DNA from: Blepharisma stoltei ATCC 30299
Taxonomy: Eukaryota; Protista; Ciliophora
DNA: 64,000 nucleotides
Assembly: GCA_965603825.1 (NCBI GenBank)
Contig: CBFDEM010000032.1
Coordinates: 186,001 to 250,000 of the forward strand
Direction of reading: 5' to 3'
A program made the position numbers and the translations under genes. Position 1 is the stretch's first letter; every line of letters starts with the position of its first letter. Positions 51,704-62,665 of the stretch are shown one piece after another. The notes under the pieces were generated by a model that saw only the letters and a list, made by a program, of their open reading frames with translations, was not told the DNA's origin and ran no database searches.

Positions 51704-51937
51704 TTAAGTATAGGGGGAATCCATAATCGTGATATGCGATCTTCTTAAGCATAATTTGAGGAAAAAATATGACAAAGGTAAAACCAGCATAAAAGAAGCA
51801 AATCCATATATCAAGACATAGCCTCAGCTCTTTTGTGGGACTGATTGAATTGCAATCATCAAAAAAGAAATGCAAGCAAAGCTTAAAATTGAAACAATAA
51901 TGATATCTTGTAAGGAAACTCTATTTCTATCTTCCAT
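51704..51937 (-). CDS. Small two-TM protein (77 aa), absent from the ORF track
   Basis: MEDRNRVSLQDIIIVSILSFACISFLMIAIQSVPQKSWGYVLIYGFASFMLVLPLSYFFLKLCLRRSHITIMDSPYT*, with one internal TGA. Two hydrophobic helices, GC-richer than the flanks. Confidence 0.6.
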
Positions 51938-52110
51938 GATCCTATTTATTGTTCTGAATATTTCAATAAAATTAAAAGACAAAATATATGAAGCTTCTTG
52001 GAAAGAAATATAATTCTAAATATTTCAGCCTTTTTATGGATATTTAATTTTTATATTGAAATTCGCTCAGTAATCAAGCTTTCGCAAAAAATTAATGGCT
52101 TATAAAATAA

Positions 52111-53079
52111 ATGATTCTCTTTAGGAGAATGTCCCGATTAACAGATAGCTACTATAGAATACTCGAGCTTTCTCCTGGGGCTTCGAAACAAGAAATTAAA
52201 GCCTCTTACAATCGCCTTGTCAAGCAATGTCATCCTGATGTGACCACTAACACAAACAAACGCGAAGCTGCAAACCAATTTAAACTCATCCATGAAGCCC
52301 GTGAAAAACTGCTTGGCATGCCTGAAGAAAATCAAGAAGTCCATGAGCCCAATCAACAATATAGCAAAGCCAGTGAAAGTCATTACACCACAAGAGACTA
52401 TGAAGAATTCAAGAAAAAGCAAGATGGATGAGCAAAAAATGACCAAAAAATGAATCAAGAGAAATCCAGTCAAAGCAATTACAATTATACCGCAAAAGAC
52501 TATGAAGATTTCAGGAAAAAACAAGATGAATACGTAAAAAATGAGCAAAGAATGCATGAAGAAATGGAAAGAGAAAAAGAAAGTAAGCGAATGAAAGAAG
52601 CCTGGGAAGCTCATAAAGCAAAGTATGAAAATGAAAAGGAAGATGAACCAAAGTATGAAAACATAAAGATACCTCAAAATGATTCAACTGAAGTCTTTAT
52701 ATTTCTAGGATTCTTGGTAGGTTTATATCTTTTGGCCTGCGGGATAAAATACATTCTTCGAGTAATTAGTTGAGGAACTCCGTCGTGGTCTGGAGGTGAA
52801 AATCCTTATTTAGCATCAACTGTAGATCAAGTACTAAAATGGAGGAATATTTATGACAAAGCTCGATACTGAGGAGTTGAATATTCTACATATGATAGAG
52901 AGTTTATTACATATAATAATTATGACGGAACAAATCATTCGAGATTTGTAAAATACGGGAATGCAGATGAGAAGAAATATAAGTGTCATACTTGTCAGGA
53001 AAGGATGAACTCTATGGAGCTTGTCAAAAATCATGTAGAAAAATATAATCCTAATGGCCCGCAAAGCGGACTTGATTAA
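52111..53079 (+). CDS. DnaJ-domain protein with TM helix and C-terminal degenerate zinc finger (~322 aa), possibly mitochondrial
   Basis: YYRILEL..A...EIK.SY..LVKQCHPD J-domain. Reads through three TGA codons. TM VFIFLGFLVGLYLLACGI. YKCHTC-x12-H. Arg-rich N-terminus. Confidence 0.85.
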
Positions 53080-53178
53080 CTATCTAATGTTAAAGATTGG
53101 TTATATTTATGATGAGGTGAAGAAAATAAAGTAATGATATTTAAAAAAATTGTAAATCATTATGAGTATTTTAAAATT

Positions 53179-54120
53179 CTATCTTACATGAATTCTTGTT
53201 TTTGAGGTTTGTAATTTAAGGACCACATCTTCATCGATTACTTTTCTTTCTAATTCAGGGGGTTTTAACATATTCATTATGTCCAGTTTTAGCTCTTTGA
53301 TTTTTGGGTCAAAATTTATACTATGAAAAGTATGTTTAGTGTCAGCAAAAACTTTTCTGTAATAAACTTCACTGTGGGATAGCTCTTTTGGCTCCTCTTC
53401 CATACACACATCATTTACTACAGTAGAAAAAACGCTAAAAAGTCGATCGTAGCTTTCTGCAAAAATTAATGATTTTGCTTCAAGTCTTCTCATGGTTGGG
53501 GTATTGCCAAACTCATTTAATGACTCAAACACCTTATTACCGAACTTTACAAATTTGCCATAGGAATTATAAATCCATCTAAAAAATCCTGTTTTTTGTG
53601 GAGGAGGCTCTATTATTTCAGACCCTGCTGATTTTATTTCTTGAAGTTCTATAGCTCTAGGTTCAGCTTTTAATGCAGATTCAGTGTTATAAATTTTGAT
53701 ATCATGATTTACCATTCTGCCAAGTTCATACGAAGGCATAAAAGCAACATATGGCTGATAATTAGAAACTACACTAAGCATGCTCCTATAAAACATTGCA
53801 GCCCGAGTTCGATATTTCACAAAAATTGATGGTTCTGATCTTAGTCCATAACATGTTAAAAATTCTCTAAATGCTGAATTCCCACCTGCCACTAAATGCC
53901 TGAGCTCAGAAATGTCCCATTTATCCTTTTCGATAGATTTTACCTCACTTATTTCTTGGCCGAGCATTTTATGATTTGAAGCACATTTTGAACAAATAAA
54001 GATGCCATGATTTATAGATGCAAAGCTAGGCTCAGGTTTTTCACAGTCAAAGCATTTGGTATTCTCAGGGTCTTGCTTGAGTTTTACTACTACTTCTTGC
54101 AAAATTTCATGAGTGATCAT
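53179..54120 (-). CDS. ArfGAP-domain protein (313 aa), catalytic Arg replaced by Lys
   Basis: CFDC-x16-CSKC zinc finger, LG..IS.VKS..D.W, GGN..FREFL, KY.TRAA..YR. Confidence 0.9.
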   Translation of the reverse strand: MITHEILQEVVVKLKQDPENTKCFDCEKPEPSFASINHGIFICSKCASNHKMLGQEISEVKSIEKDKWDISELRHLVAGGNSAFREFLTCYGLRSEPSIFVKYRTRAAMFYRSMLSVVSNYQPYVAFMPSYELGRMVNHDIKIYNTESALKAEPRAIELQEIKSAGSEIIEPPPQKTGFFRWIYNSYGKFVKFGNKVFESLNEFGNTPTMRRLEAKSLIFAESYDRLFSVFSTVVNDVCMEEEPKELSHSEVYYRKVFADTKHTFHSINFDPKIKELKLDIMNMLKPPELERKVIDEDVVLKLQTSKTRIHVR

Positions 54121-54520
54121 TATTATATCATAAATGGCTAGGAAATTTCTGGCCAGAAAAGATTGATAGAATTAAATAAATGCTAGAATTAACAGACTAT
54201 AAATTATTATAACTAGATCAAGGGAATTTTTTCAATAGTATTTTAAAACGAGAATTAATTTTGAGTACCTTTTACAAAAGATGTGATGCAATATATATAA
54301 TATAATAGGCTCCAATAGACTTACTCTAAGCATAAAACTTTAATTGTATAAGAAAATTAATATAAATTATTTATCTAAATCACTCTTTCATTAATATAAT
54401 TGATTTTCCTTTAAATTTAGTCTATGAAAAAGTGTGATCATTAATATATAACCTTAATCTCTACTTTTATATCTAGAGGTAAAATATGCAGAATTTAAAT
54501 AGAAAAATGGGTTATAATAA

Positions 54521-54772
54521 ATGAACTCACAAAAATTCGAAGTGATCCAAATCCTAGATGAGTATGAAGATCAACGAAAACAAATTATTGGAGGTAGATA
54601 TGCTCAGCTAGAAGATGTCTTTAAGAGATTTGAAGATCTTAAGCAGCACATTATGGAAAATATTATGAAGATTGATTTAGATAACCAAGAGCGAGCACGA
54701 AACACACAGTGCTTAGCAGATATTGCGAATGAGTTTTACAAAAGAATGCAAAAAATGATCAAAAAATTTTAA
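54521..54772 (+). CDS. Small coiled-coil hypothetical protein (83 aa)
   Basis: ATG-to-TAA ORF, coding-like composition between AT-rich flanks. Confidence 0.6.
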   Translation: MNSQKFEVIQILDEYEDQRKQIIGGRYAQLEDVFKRFEDLKQHIMENIMKIDLDNQERARNTQCLADIANEFYKRMQKMIKKF

Positions 54773-54990
54773 TTAGATTGACAATTTTAACATAAAAAAT
54801 TACTAAACTTCTGATCTTTCGAATACCGCCATATATCAATTTACATATCCATTTAAAGCTTAATATTTAGTGAATATTCCATCTTTTCCATACTGCTTAG
54901 CTTTTCTTCCTCTTCCCTGCTCCATTTTATGCTTTTATCGCATCTTCCCATAATCCTTAATCTCCTGCAGTCTCTTTATATATTCTTAAT

Positions 54991-56088
54991 ATGGATTCAA
55001 GTTTCTCAGAGGAAGAAAGCTCAAAAATCGAGTCCTGGGTTTCAATTCGTTTTCTCAAAGAAGCAGCCAATATTCAATCAGTCTACCGTCAACGCAGCCG
55101 CAGCTCTTCTCTAGACTCTTCTTCTCCAATCCCATCAGAAGAACCAAGCATTACATCTGAATGGAAGCCTAACGCCTTCATCAACCAAAGCATCTGTTTC
55201 AGCGCTGTTAACAGAACTCAGCCTCTAGAACCACCCAAACCTACTGAAACCTCCCAAGAATTGGAAGACTTACACTGTCTCTTGCAAATCAAAGACACCA
55301 AAATCCAAAAAATCAAACAAAAATACCAAAATTTGTTAGAGAAAACGAATAAAGAGCTAGTTGAGGCAAAATTACACTATAAACAGGCAAATCAAGAGAT
55401 AGCAACGCTGAAGAAAATGAACGACATGATAAAAGAACAAAATGCAAAGCAAATAGAAGACCTACAAATGAGGCATGAAAAGAAATTGCAGAGGGTAAAA
55501 CAAGATGTAGATAGCTATTTAAGCGAGCTCTATGAAAAAGCTGCAGTTTATGTAACGGAAAAACTGAAAATTTCACATAAAAAAGAAATGATGGGGTTAA
55601 GAGAACAGTATGAAGAGGAGATCAGCAGGATAAGGATGGATTATGAAGCAGAAATTGAAGAAAAAGAGTATGAAAATCAAAAATTACTAGAGCAATTAGA
55701 AGAGCAGACTGAAGAATTTACAGAAGAAACATCAGAAAAATACGAAAATTTAATTAAAAAACATGCACAAAAGAAAAAGCATAAGAAAGATAGAAAACTT
55801 GAAACAATGATGAGACATATAGAAGAACAAAAACTAATCATCGAGTCACAACAGAGGATTATTGATGATTTAAGCAGAGAGCTGCAAGAAACCTTCAGAA
55901 GAAAATCAAGGCTGAGCAGCTCATCTAATAAATCTTGCCATATAAAATCCCAAAAAAGCTTTCAAGGACTACTTGATCAGCTAAATGGATTTTTAGATAC
56001 AGCAGATCCAAGCACTTCAAGAGAGCTTGAAGATACTTTAAGAGGCCTCCAAAGCCGCCAAGGAAGCTCAGAAAAATTAAGTTTTTAA
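54991..56088 (+). CDS. Coiled-coil hypothetical protein (365 aa)
   Basis: Long ORF with a Ser-rich head and an E/K/Q-rich coiled coil. Confidence 0.8.
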   Translation: MDSSFSEEESSKIESWVSIRFLKEAANIQSVYRQRSRSSSLDSSSPIPSEEPSITSEWKPNAFINQSICFSAVNRTQPLEPPKPTETSQELEDLHCLLQIKDTKIQKIKQKYQNLLEKTNKELVEAKLHYKQANQEIATLKKMNDMIKEQNAKQIEDLQMRHEKKLQRVKQDVDSYLSELYEKAAVYVTEKLKISHKKEMMGLREQYEEEISRIRMDYEAEIEEKEYENQKLLEQLEEQTEEFTEETSEKYENLIKKHAQKKKHKKDRKLETMMRHIEEQKLIIESQQRIIDDLSRELQETFRRKSRLSSSSNKSCHIKSQKSFQGLLDQLNGFLDTADPSTSRELEDTLRGLQSRQGSSEKLSF

Positions 56089-56161
56089 TTAATATATGTA
56101 AATTAATTCCTAAGAAAATAATAATTTCTACAATGACTAAGGATAAATAATTGTTATTTAG

Positions 56162-57658
56162 CTACTGATTGCCTACGAGATTTTTTATAAAAACATTTTC
56201 ATTCTCTGGGAATTCTCTTGCAGGGTTCAGTTGTGCAAACTCATAAACAGTTTTCGCAGCTAAAAGTCTTGGTGAGAAGTATTCATGGTGCGTTCCCATT
56301 CCCATATCCATTTTCTTTATAGGCAGCATTTTATTCAGGTACATCTCCATTTGCTGAAGTGGCCAGAATTTATGTGGTGGAGATTCATGCCACTGAGTGA
56401 GAATCTGCATAAGCTTAGGTGGGTGGCATTGTCCTTCAATGATTTCTGGGAATAAATTACCGTCCCCAATAATGTTCATGTCATTGGTAAATCTATTCCA
56501 GGCCAGGAGACAGTAAAATTCCATTTTCTTCATGTTTTGGATGACTATTGTAGAAAGTTGGTTGACAAAGCATTCAGTTACAATGTCGCCGTTATAGCAG
56601 ATTGCGAGATCACTGCCAGCCATAGCGGATTTTCTGTTCTCACAAGTGTCAACTATCTGAACACGGCATTTCCAGCCTTGGATATTGACTCTTTCACTTA
56701 CATAAGCTTTTGTTTTTTCTGTTGTTGGAATAACTACTACGAATTTTTCAACTGGAATTGCATCTGATCTCTTTGAAAAAGGTGCTGCATATTCATCTAT
56801 AAAAGCATTAGCAGTCTTATTTAGTATTGGCAAGCTCCACGCTATCTCACTTTCTAAGCTCCCAGGCGCTAAAAATAGCACAGTTGCATCTTTAGCAATT
56901 CCGAATTTTTCTCTAAAAGTGTTTCTTTCAGCTTCGATGTATTGATCCATTTCTGAGTAAAAGTGGTCTTTATTCATAAAAATTGAGTTTTCTGTCAACA
57001 AGTGGTCGCCTCCATTTCTGCTTAATAAGAATCTACATGTTTCCTCGAATGCAGACTGTCCGATATAAGTGCTTGGCATTTTGAATTTATTCCAGTTTAT
57101 AGGCTCGAGGGGCATTGTATATAGAACATGGTCTAAATAGCTTAACTGATAAGGCTGATATTTATTGACGAAATTCCCATAATGGACCTGCTTAGGCCTC
57201 GAAAGGTTAGTTTTTCCATACAACTGAGCAATCTGCCTATGGATCCTAAAGCTGAGCTGGTCGTGGTCTAAAGTAAGCACAACGCTTGGTCTGAATCCTG
57301 CAATTTTATCAATAATCTGGTTTTTTGAAATGTAAGCGAGAACTTCGCTCATTGGCTTGGTATATGATTTAGTCATTGGGTTTCGCTTGCTCCAGACCCA
57401 CCAGTTGTTTTCTTCAATCCATGCTGTCCTGAATGGGACCATTGGCTTTGGGTGGAACATGTCAGTATTGTATAATGGGGTGATGCCTTCTTTAATCATG
57501 CCTTCTCCGCCTGATCCAATGAACTTTATTGAATTTCCGCTGACTTGCTTGAGATCGCTCATAAGCTGAGCACCTATTCTATCTGCTTTTCTGGAGTTTG
57601 CCAGTAAGCAGACGACACGGCCAGATGAAAAGTATCTCTTCAACATTTTATTTACCAT
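56162..57658 (-). CDS. Lipid-A-disaccharide synthase (LpxB, GT19)-like mitochondrial protein (498 aa)
   Basis: N-terminal MVNKMLKRYFSS presequence. LAN...D.IGA.LM..LK....F.G.GG..M, FRP..V.T.D, LAPGS..SE, SDLAI...G....E, N......FPE...QC follow the LpxB pattern with degenerate catalytic motifs. Confidence 0.75.
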   Translation of the reverse strand: MVNKMLKRYFSSGRVVCLLANSRKADRIGAQLMSDLKQVSGNSIKFIGSGGEGMIKEGITPLYNTDMFHPKPMVPFRTAWIEENNWWVWSKRNPMTKSYTKPMSEVLAYISKNQIIDKIAGFRPSVVLTLDHDQLSFRIHRQIAQLYGKTNLSRPKQVHYGNFVNKYQPYQLSYLDHVLYTMPLEPINWNKFKMPSTYIGQSAFEETCRFLLSRNGGDHLLTENSIFMNKDHFYSEMDQYIEAERNTFREKFGIAKDATVLFLAPGSLESEIAWSLPILNKTANAFIDEYAAPFSKRSDAIPVEKFVVVIPTTEKTKAYVSERVNIQGWKCRVQIVDTCENRKSAMAGSDLAICYNGDIVTECFVNQLSTIVIQNMKKMEFYCLLAWNRFTNDMNIIGDGNLFPEIIEGQCHPPKLMQILTQWHESPPHKFWPLQQMEMYLNKMLPIKKMDMGMGTHHEYFSPRLLAAKTVYEFAQLNPAREFPENENVFIKNLVGNQ

Positions 57659-58342
57659 TGAAAAATGGAAAGAAAAGAAGAAAGGAATTCAAGATTCAGA
57701 AAAATTCGGTTAAAATGTTTGGGTTAGAAAGCTAAAATAATTATTAGACTTTATTAAGAATAGGCAAACTAATGCTTAAAAAATCTTAAGGGATTTAATT
57801 AAAAGATGGTAATTTAAGCTTCAAAAGATGCTGGAAAATGGCATTCTTATAAAATTGACTATGAAAAAAAATTCTAATTACTTTATCATTTTTTGGAATA
57901 AACATTTTTATTGAAAAATTCTTTGCCTACAAATAAATTTCTACATCAGATTGATTATAATCATAATAATTTTAATTGGAGTTAATTATGATAATTCTTG
58001 CTTTATTAATTGATATTATCATAAAAATTATCCCTAGACTTGCACAATAATTTTCGATCTTTGTTTGGTAACATCCAAACTTTGTGTTTTTTCTTAAGTA
58101 TACACCATTTAAATGGAGATAAATAATTTGGCATTTTCTTGACAGTTCAGTGCTCTAGAAATATTGCAAGCATTAGTTACATAGAACTACCAATAATTTA
58201 CAAGAATAGAATAGCACTTTAGAAAAAGTCTAAAATAAATAGACTCATAAATCGGCAATCTCCCATATTATTTAGACAAAAATTTTCTTCCCATGATTGA
58301 GATAAAAAATATGCCATCTTACGTTAATATTAATTGTTAAAT

Positions 58343-59233
58343 ATGCACCTGCAAATAAGGCCAAACCCTGTAGGAAAAATCACAATTTTTTATCTAAAAC
58401 ACCATTTTTCAACAGGAATAAAAACATCCGAAACTCATTCCTATCTTAAAAAAGGCTTTTCTGAGGCAAAAACCTGGTATTCTAAATATGGGACAATGAC
58501 CAGTACCAAGCTTTACCAAGAATATTTGCCTTTTATGAAGATGAGAGAAGCTACCTCAGTGATAGAAACAGGTTCAGGCCCTGGAAATGGAGTTTCAGCC
58601 ATATTAAAATCTATTTCTCCATCTTGCAAATTTACTGCTACAGATATCAGTCCAGGGTTTCTGGACGAGCTAAAAAAGATTAAAGCTGAAAACTATTCAG
58701 TAGAAGAAGCCAATATAGAAGAGTTGCCTTTCCCTAAAAAAACGTTTGATCGTTACATTTCGAATATGGCTATACATAATGCTGCAGATCCTGAAAAAGC
58801 ATTTAGTGAAGCGTATAGAGTATTGAAAAACGGAGGTATTTTAGGAGTTTCAACTTTTGGGGCAAACGAAAAAACAAATACTTATATGAGCCTCATGAAG
58901 AATTTCAGAGCCTTTATTGGGCAACCATACCACGATTCAATTTTGAATAATCTCGCAGTCATGGGGCTCCCTGAACCTTTTAAAGAGTTTGTAAGCAGGA
59001 TCGGATTCCAAAGAGTACTTTCGTACTCAGCTATGACTGTTTATCCTTTGAGCACGCCTGAAGAGGCTGCTGATCTCTTCTTAAGTTTCGGTCCTTTAGA
59101 AAATTTCATGAAAAACAACCCAGATAAGGCTGGAGAACTTCAAAACTTGGTGATGTCAAAGCTTTATGAATGCCTTATTACAAACGGTACACCAATTGGC
59201 TACGATTCCTCTATTTTAATTGCATTTAAGTAA
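58343..59233 (+). CDS. Class I SAM-dependent methyltransferase (~296 aa)
   Basis: Motif I VIETGSGPG, ATDIS, ANIEELPF..FD, EAYRVLKNGG. Confidence 0.88.
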   Translation: MHLQIRPNPVGKITIFYLKHHFSTGIKTSETHSYLKKGFSEAKTWYSKYGTMTSTKLYQEYLPFMKMREATSVIETGSGPGNGVSAILKSISPSCKFTATDISPGFLDELKKIKAENYSVEEANIEELPFPKKTFDRYISNMAIHNAADPEKAFSEAYRVLKNGGILGVSTFGANEKTNTYMSLMKNFRAFIGQPYHDSILNNLAVMGLPEPFKEFVSRIGFQRVLSYSAMTVYPLSTPEEAADLFLSFGPLENFMKNNPDKAGELQNLVMSKLYECLITNGTPIGYDSSILIAFK

Positions 59234-59276
59234 TTTATTAAGGTTTTTATTAAATTTTTGTATAAAAATTTTTATT

Positions 59277-60431
59277 ATGGACACTGATATCTCCTTGCAA
59301 AGCTCTGATAATGAGTTTTGAAACGACTTAGAGTCAGTGCCACAACTTACCAGTTTTCACAAGACGACTCCTATTGATTTTTCATATAAAAAATCATCTA
59401 AAGCGTCAAGTCCACCTATATCGCCTAGTCCAAACAGTCCGATGAGATTGATAAGACTGGAAAAACAAATTGACCATATGAGATTAGCCAAAGAAGAAGA
59501 AATGGAGGCTTTGAAAATTATTGTAAGAAATAATACAAGAAAAGAGCTCCAAGCGAATGTTGAAGCAATTATTGAAAAGTTTCAAGAAGAAACGAAAGTT
59601 ATGAAGGAAGGATATGACGGTCTGAAGATTATTATCACAAACAAAGAAAAAACCATAAGCCAGCTTGGCGAATACTTATCTGATCAAGCTGTCTTGATTT
59701 CGGAATTTCGCATTGAAAAATCAACGGAAAAAGAAGCTTCGTCGCCAGCTAAAACTTCTGACAAATTCGAGACTCGTGAACTAAAAAAAGAGGTAAAGCT
59801 TTTAAAAGTCCAATTAGATGCTTTACGAGAAGTTTGTGCTAGTTGTCAAAAAGATACTGACGAATTTAAGAAAAAAATGATGGCTCTACAAGAAGAAAAC
59901 GATGCAATGAGGAGAAATCATAATAACGAATTAGAAACAGTAAAAAGAGAAGCTAAAACAGTTGAGGATGAGCTGAATGATGAAATTGATAGGCTAAAGT
60001 ATGAATTAACGAAGTATAAAGAAGATGTCAACAAAGAGCTTGCGACAAGAGATATCATATCAATAAGGCAAAAGTCATTTATTAACTCTCTTCAAGAAGA
60101 ACTCAAAAATGCCAAAATTGTCTTACAGAATCCAAGGATCAGAAACAAACTTCATGACCGGCTAAAAGACTACATGGAAGAGCACCAAAAAGCTATGGTT
60201 GAAACTATAAGAACACCTAAAAAGACTCATCCAGGATCAATGACAGCTACCTCGAGAAGGACTCAAACGGCTTGAGATATAAAACTGAGCCGCTCCAAAG
60301 GCCGCTCTTTCGATAATGATACTGATGAAGAGTCCTGCCTTAGCAAAGCTATTTCGATCCGTCCTGGCTCTATTTCCAAGCGGAATTCCATTGACAACCA
60401 TTATGCAGTTTCTCGCTTAAGTTCCTTGTAA
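59277..60431 (+). CDS. Coiled-coil hypothetical protein (~384 aa)
   Basis: ORF 59337-60275 extends at both ends through TGA, to ATG 59277 and TAA 60429. Confidence 0.78.
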
Positions 60432-60454
60432 ATTAACTTCTGATAATTTAAAAT

Positions 60455-61735
60455 ATGGACAAAAGAAGGAGATCAAGAAGCCCACGCAGTTCTCATCGTC
60501 ACCATAGTTCCAGCAGTGAGAGATACTCTAGTCATAAATCCAGCAGGCACGAGAGAAGACACCACCATCACAGCCATCGCTCCAAAAAGCAAAGATCCCC
60601 ATCCCCACGGTACAGGTTCGACAGTCCTCCAAAATCGTTCTTGGCTTATAACCAGCAGCTCTGGGACGATCACAAGACTTCAGTAAACCCTGAGGGTTTC
60701 ATCAATAAAATTCAACAAGTTGCGTCTACCATCCCTTCATCACAAGCAAATAAAATCGATAGAGAACTTTATATAGGCAACTTACCTTCTGGAATTACTT
60801 CAACTCAGCTTGTAGATTTGCTGAACAGCACCATTGCTTCGATGGAATTAAATTTATGGGTAATTTTTATGTAGCCTGGCCCTCCTGTAATTTCAGCTTG
60901 GATAAGTAATGATGGACACTATGCTTTTATCGAGTTCAGAAGTATTGAAGAAGCTAAAGCTGGGTATGCACTAAATAATGTAAGCATTTTAGGTCAGCCT
61001 TTAAGAGTCGGAAAACCTAGAACTTATGCTGGAAATGAGCCACCGGTAGTCGCTGGCCTCCATGCATTAGGAGCTTCTGCTGTGGGACTAAACAAAGTTA
61101 CTGAAGATATGGCAAGCAAAATTCTGGGTGGCAAAGGAAGACTTATTTTAAGCGGGCTCCCGCACGGCTACTGCAGAGAAGAAACCAAAAAAATGCTGGA
61201 AGAGTTCGGGACCCTAAAATGCATGGACATGCCAAAAGACCCCTTGACTGGGCTAACCAAAGGCTATGCGATTTTTGACTATGAAGAAGACGAATCTGTA
61301 GCAAATGTACTGCAGCAAGGCAGTTTTTCTATTGCAGGCTGTAAAGCAGTAGTCAGTAGAGTAGGTAAAGAAAGTTTAACTCAAGCATTTCTCCCGCCTA
61401 CACCTGAACTAGACAATAGAGCCAAGTTCAGCTCAAGAATTTTAGTATTGAAGAATATGGTGAGGATCACTGATTTAGAAAATGACGATGAGTACCAAGA
61501 TTTGCATGAAGACGTGCTGGAAGAGTGCAAAAAGTATGGAAGAGTCATCTCTATAGTAATTCCAAAACCTGGAGAACATACAAGTGGGATTGGGAAAATC
61601 TTCGTGGAGTACACAACAGTGGAAGAGGCAATGCAAGCTAAAGTAGGGCTGACAGGGATGAAGTTCAACGATAAAAGAGTGGAGTGCTCTTTCCACCCTG
61701 AAGAACTCTTTTTCCAAGGCAACTTTGTAGGGTAG
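60455..61735 (+). CDS. U2AF2: Splicing factor U2AF large subunit (U2AF65-like, ~421 aa; intron 60860-60874)
   Basis: RS domain, FDSPP, RRM1 (RELYIGNLP..YAFIEFRS.EEA), RRM2 (KDPLTGLTKGYA), UHM (SRILVLKNMV...EY.D..EDV.EEC.KYG..G.GKIFVEY). Confidence 0.9.
60860..60874 (+). other. 15-nt intron GTAATTTTTATGTAG
   Basis: In-frame TAG. Removal gives continuous RRM1 (..ELNLW^PGPPVISAW..). Confidence 0.92.
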
Positions 61736-62000
61736 GATTATTATAGATTTAATAATGAAGTTTATATAAATTTGTAAAGCCAGACCAAAAGCCGCTATAA
61801 TGAAATTTGCCTGATAATTAACTATTGCGAAGTTAAAATTTTCATTAAAATTTCATATTAAAAAGTCACTTCTTTAATTCACCTAGACAAAGTTTTGAAT
61901 CATTTAATTTTAGCTCTAATTCAAATTCTTTTGAAAATATAGCCTAAGTTTATTACCATAGCATCAGATCCATTATAATAATCATCCAATAGTTGAAAAA

Positions 62001-62606
62001 ATGCAAAAAGCTCCAACTCAAGTCAAAGTAGTTCTCTTAGGCGATTCTGGCGTAGGAAAATCCAGTCTCGTATTACGATTTGTAGCCGACAACTTCAAAA
62101 ACGACGCAGATGCAACCATTGGTGCATCTTACATGGGAAAAATCCTTCAGTTCAATGATAAGATGATTAAGTTCAATATCTGGGATACAGCAGGCCAGGA
62201 AAGATATCACAGTTTGGCCAAAATGTATTACAGAGACGCGAATGCTGCCATCATGGTCTACGATATCACTAAACGAGATAGTTTTGAAGGACTCAAAAGA
62301 TGGCACAAAGAACTTCAAGAATTCGGGCCAAAAGACATAGTCGTCACTATTGCAGGAAACAAAGAAGATTTAGTCGAGACTGAAGCAGTGCCGCAGGAGG
62401 AAGCAAAAGAATACTCGAAATCAATCGGAGCTTTGTATAGGAAGACTTCAGCGAAAACCAACTATGGGGTTGAACAAGTGTTCCGTGATATAGCAACTAA
62501 AATGTGTCCGGATTTAGAAGCACAAGCCCCTGCTGCGAGGCCGTCAGGGACCATTTCTCTTCAGCCTAAACCTACACCAGCTGGCGGTAAGAAAAAGTGC
62601 TGCTAA
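62001..62606 (+). CDS. Rab GTPase, Rab5/Rab21/Rab22 group (201 aa)
   Basis: GDSGVGKSS, TIGASY, WDTAGQERYHSLA.MYYR, GNKEDL, TSAK, C-terminal CC. Confidence 0.93.
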   Translation: MQKAPTQVKVVLLGDSGVGKSSLVLRFVADNFKNDADATIGASYMGKILQFNDKMIKFNIWDTAGQERYHSLAKMYYRDANAAIMVYDITKRDSFEGLKRWHKELQEFGPKDIVVTIAGNKEDLVETEAVPQEEAKEYSKSIGALYRKTSAKTNYGVEQVFRDIATKMCPDLEAQAPAARPSGTISLQPKPTPAGGKKKCC

Positions 62607-62665
62607 TTAAATACGTTCATTTACCAACATTTTCATTGCTTATTTTATTGAATTTTAATAACGTT

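Noticed and set aside
56162-57658. LpxB as bacterial contamination or recent horizontal transfer
   Set aside because: Embedded among eukaryotic genes with matching composition, has a mitochondrial-type presequence, and its catalytic motifs are degenerate.
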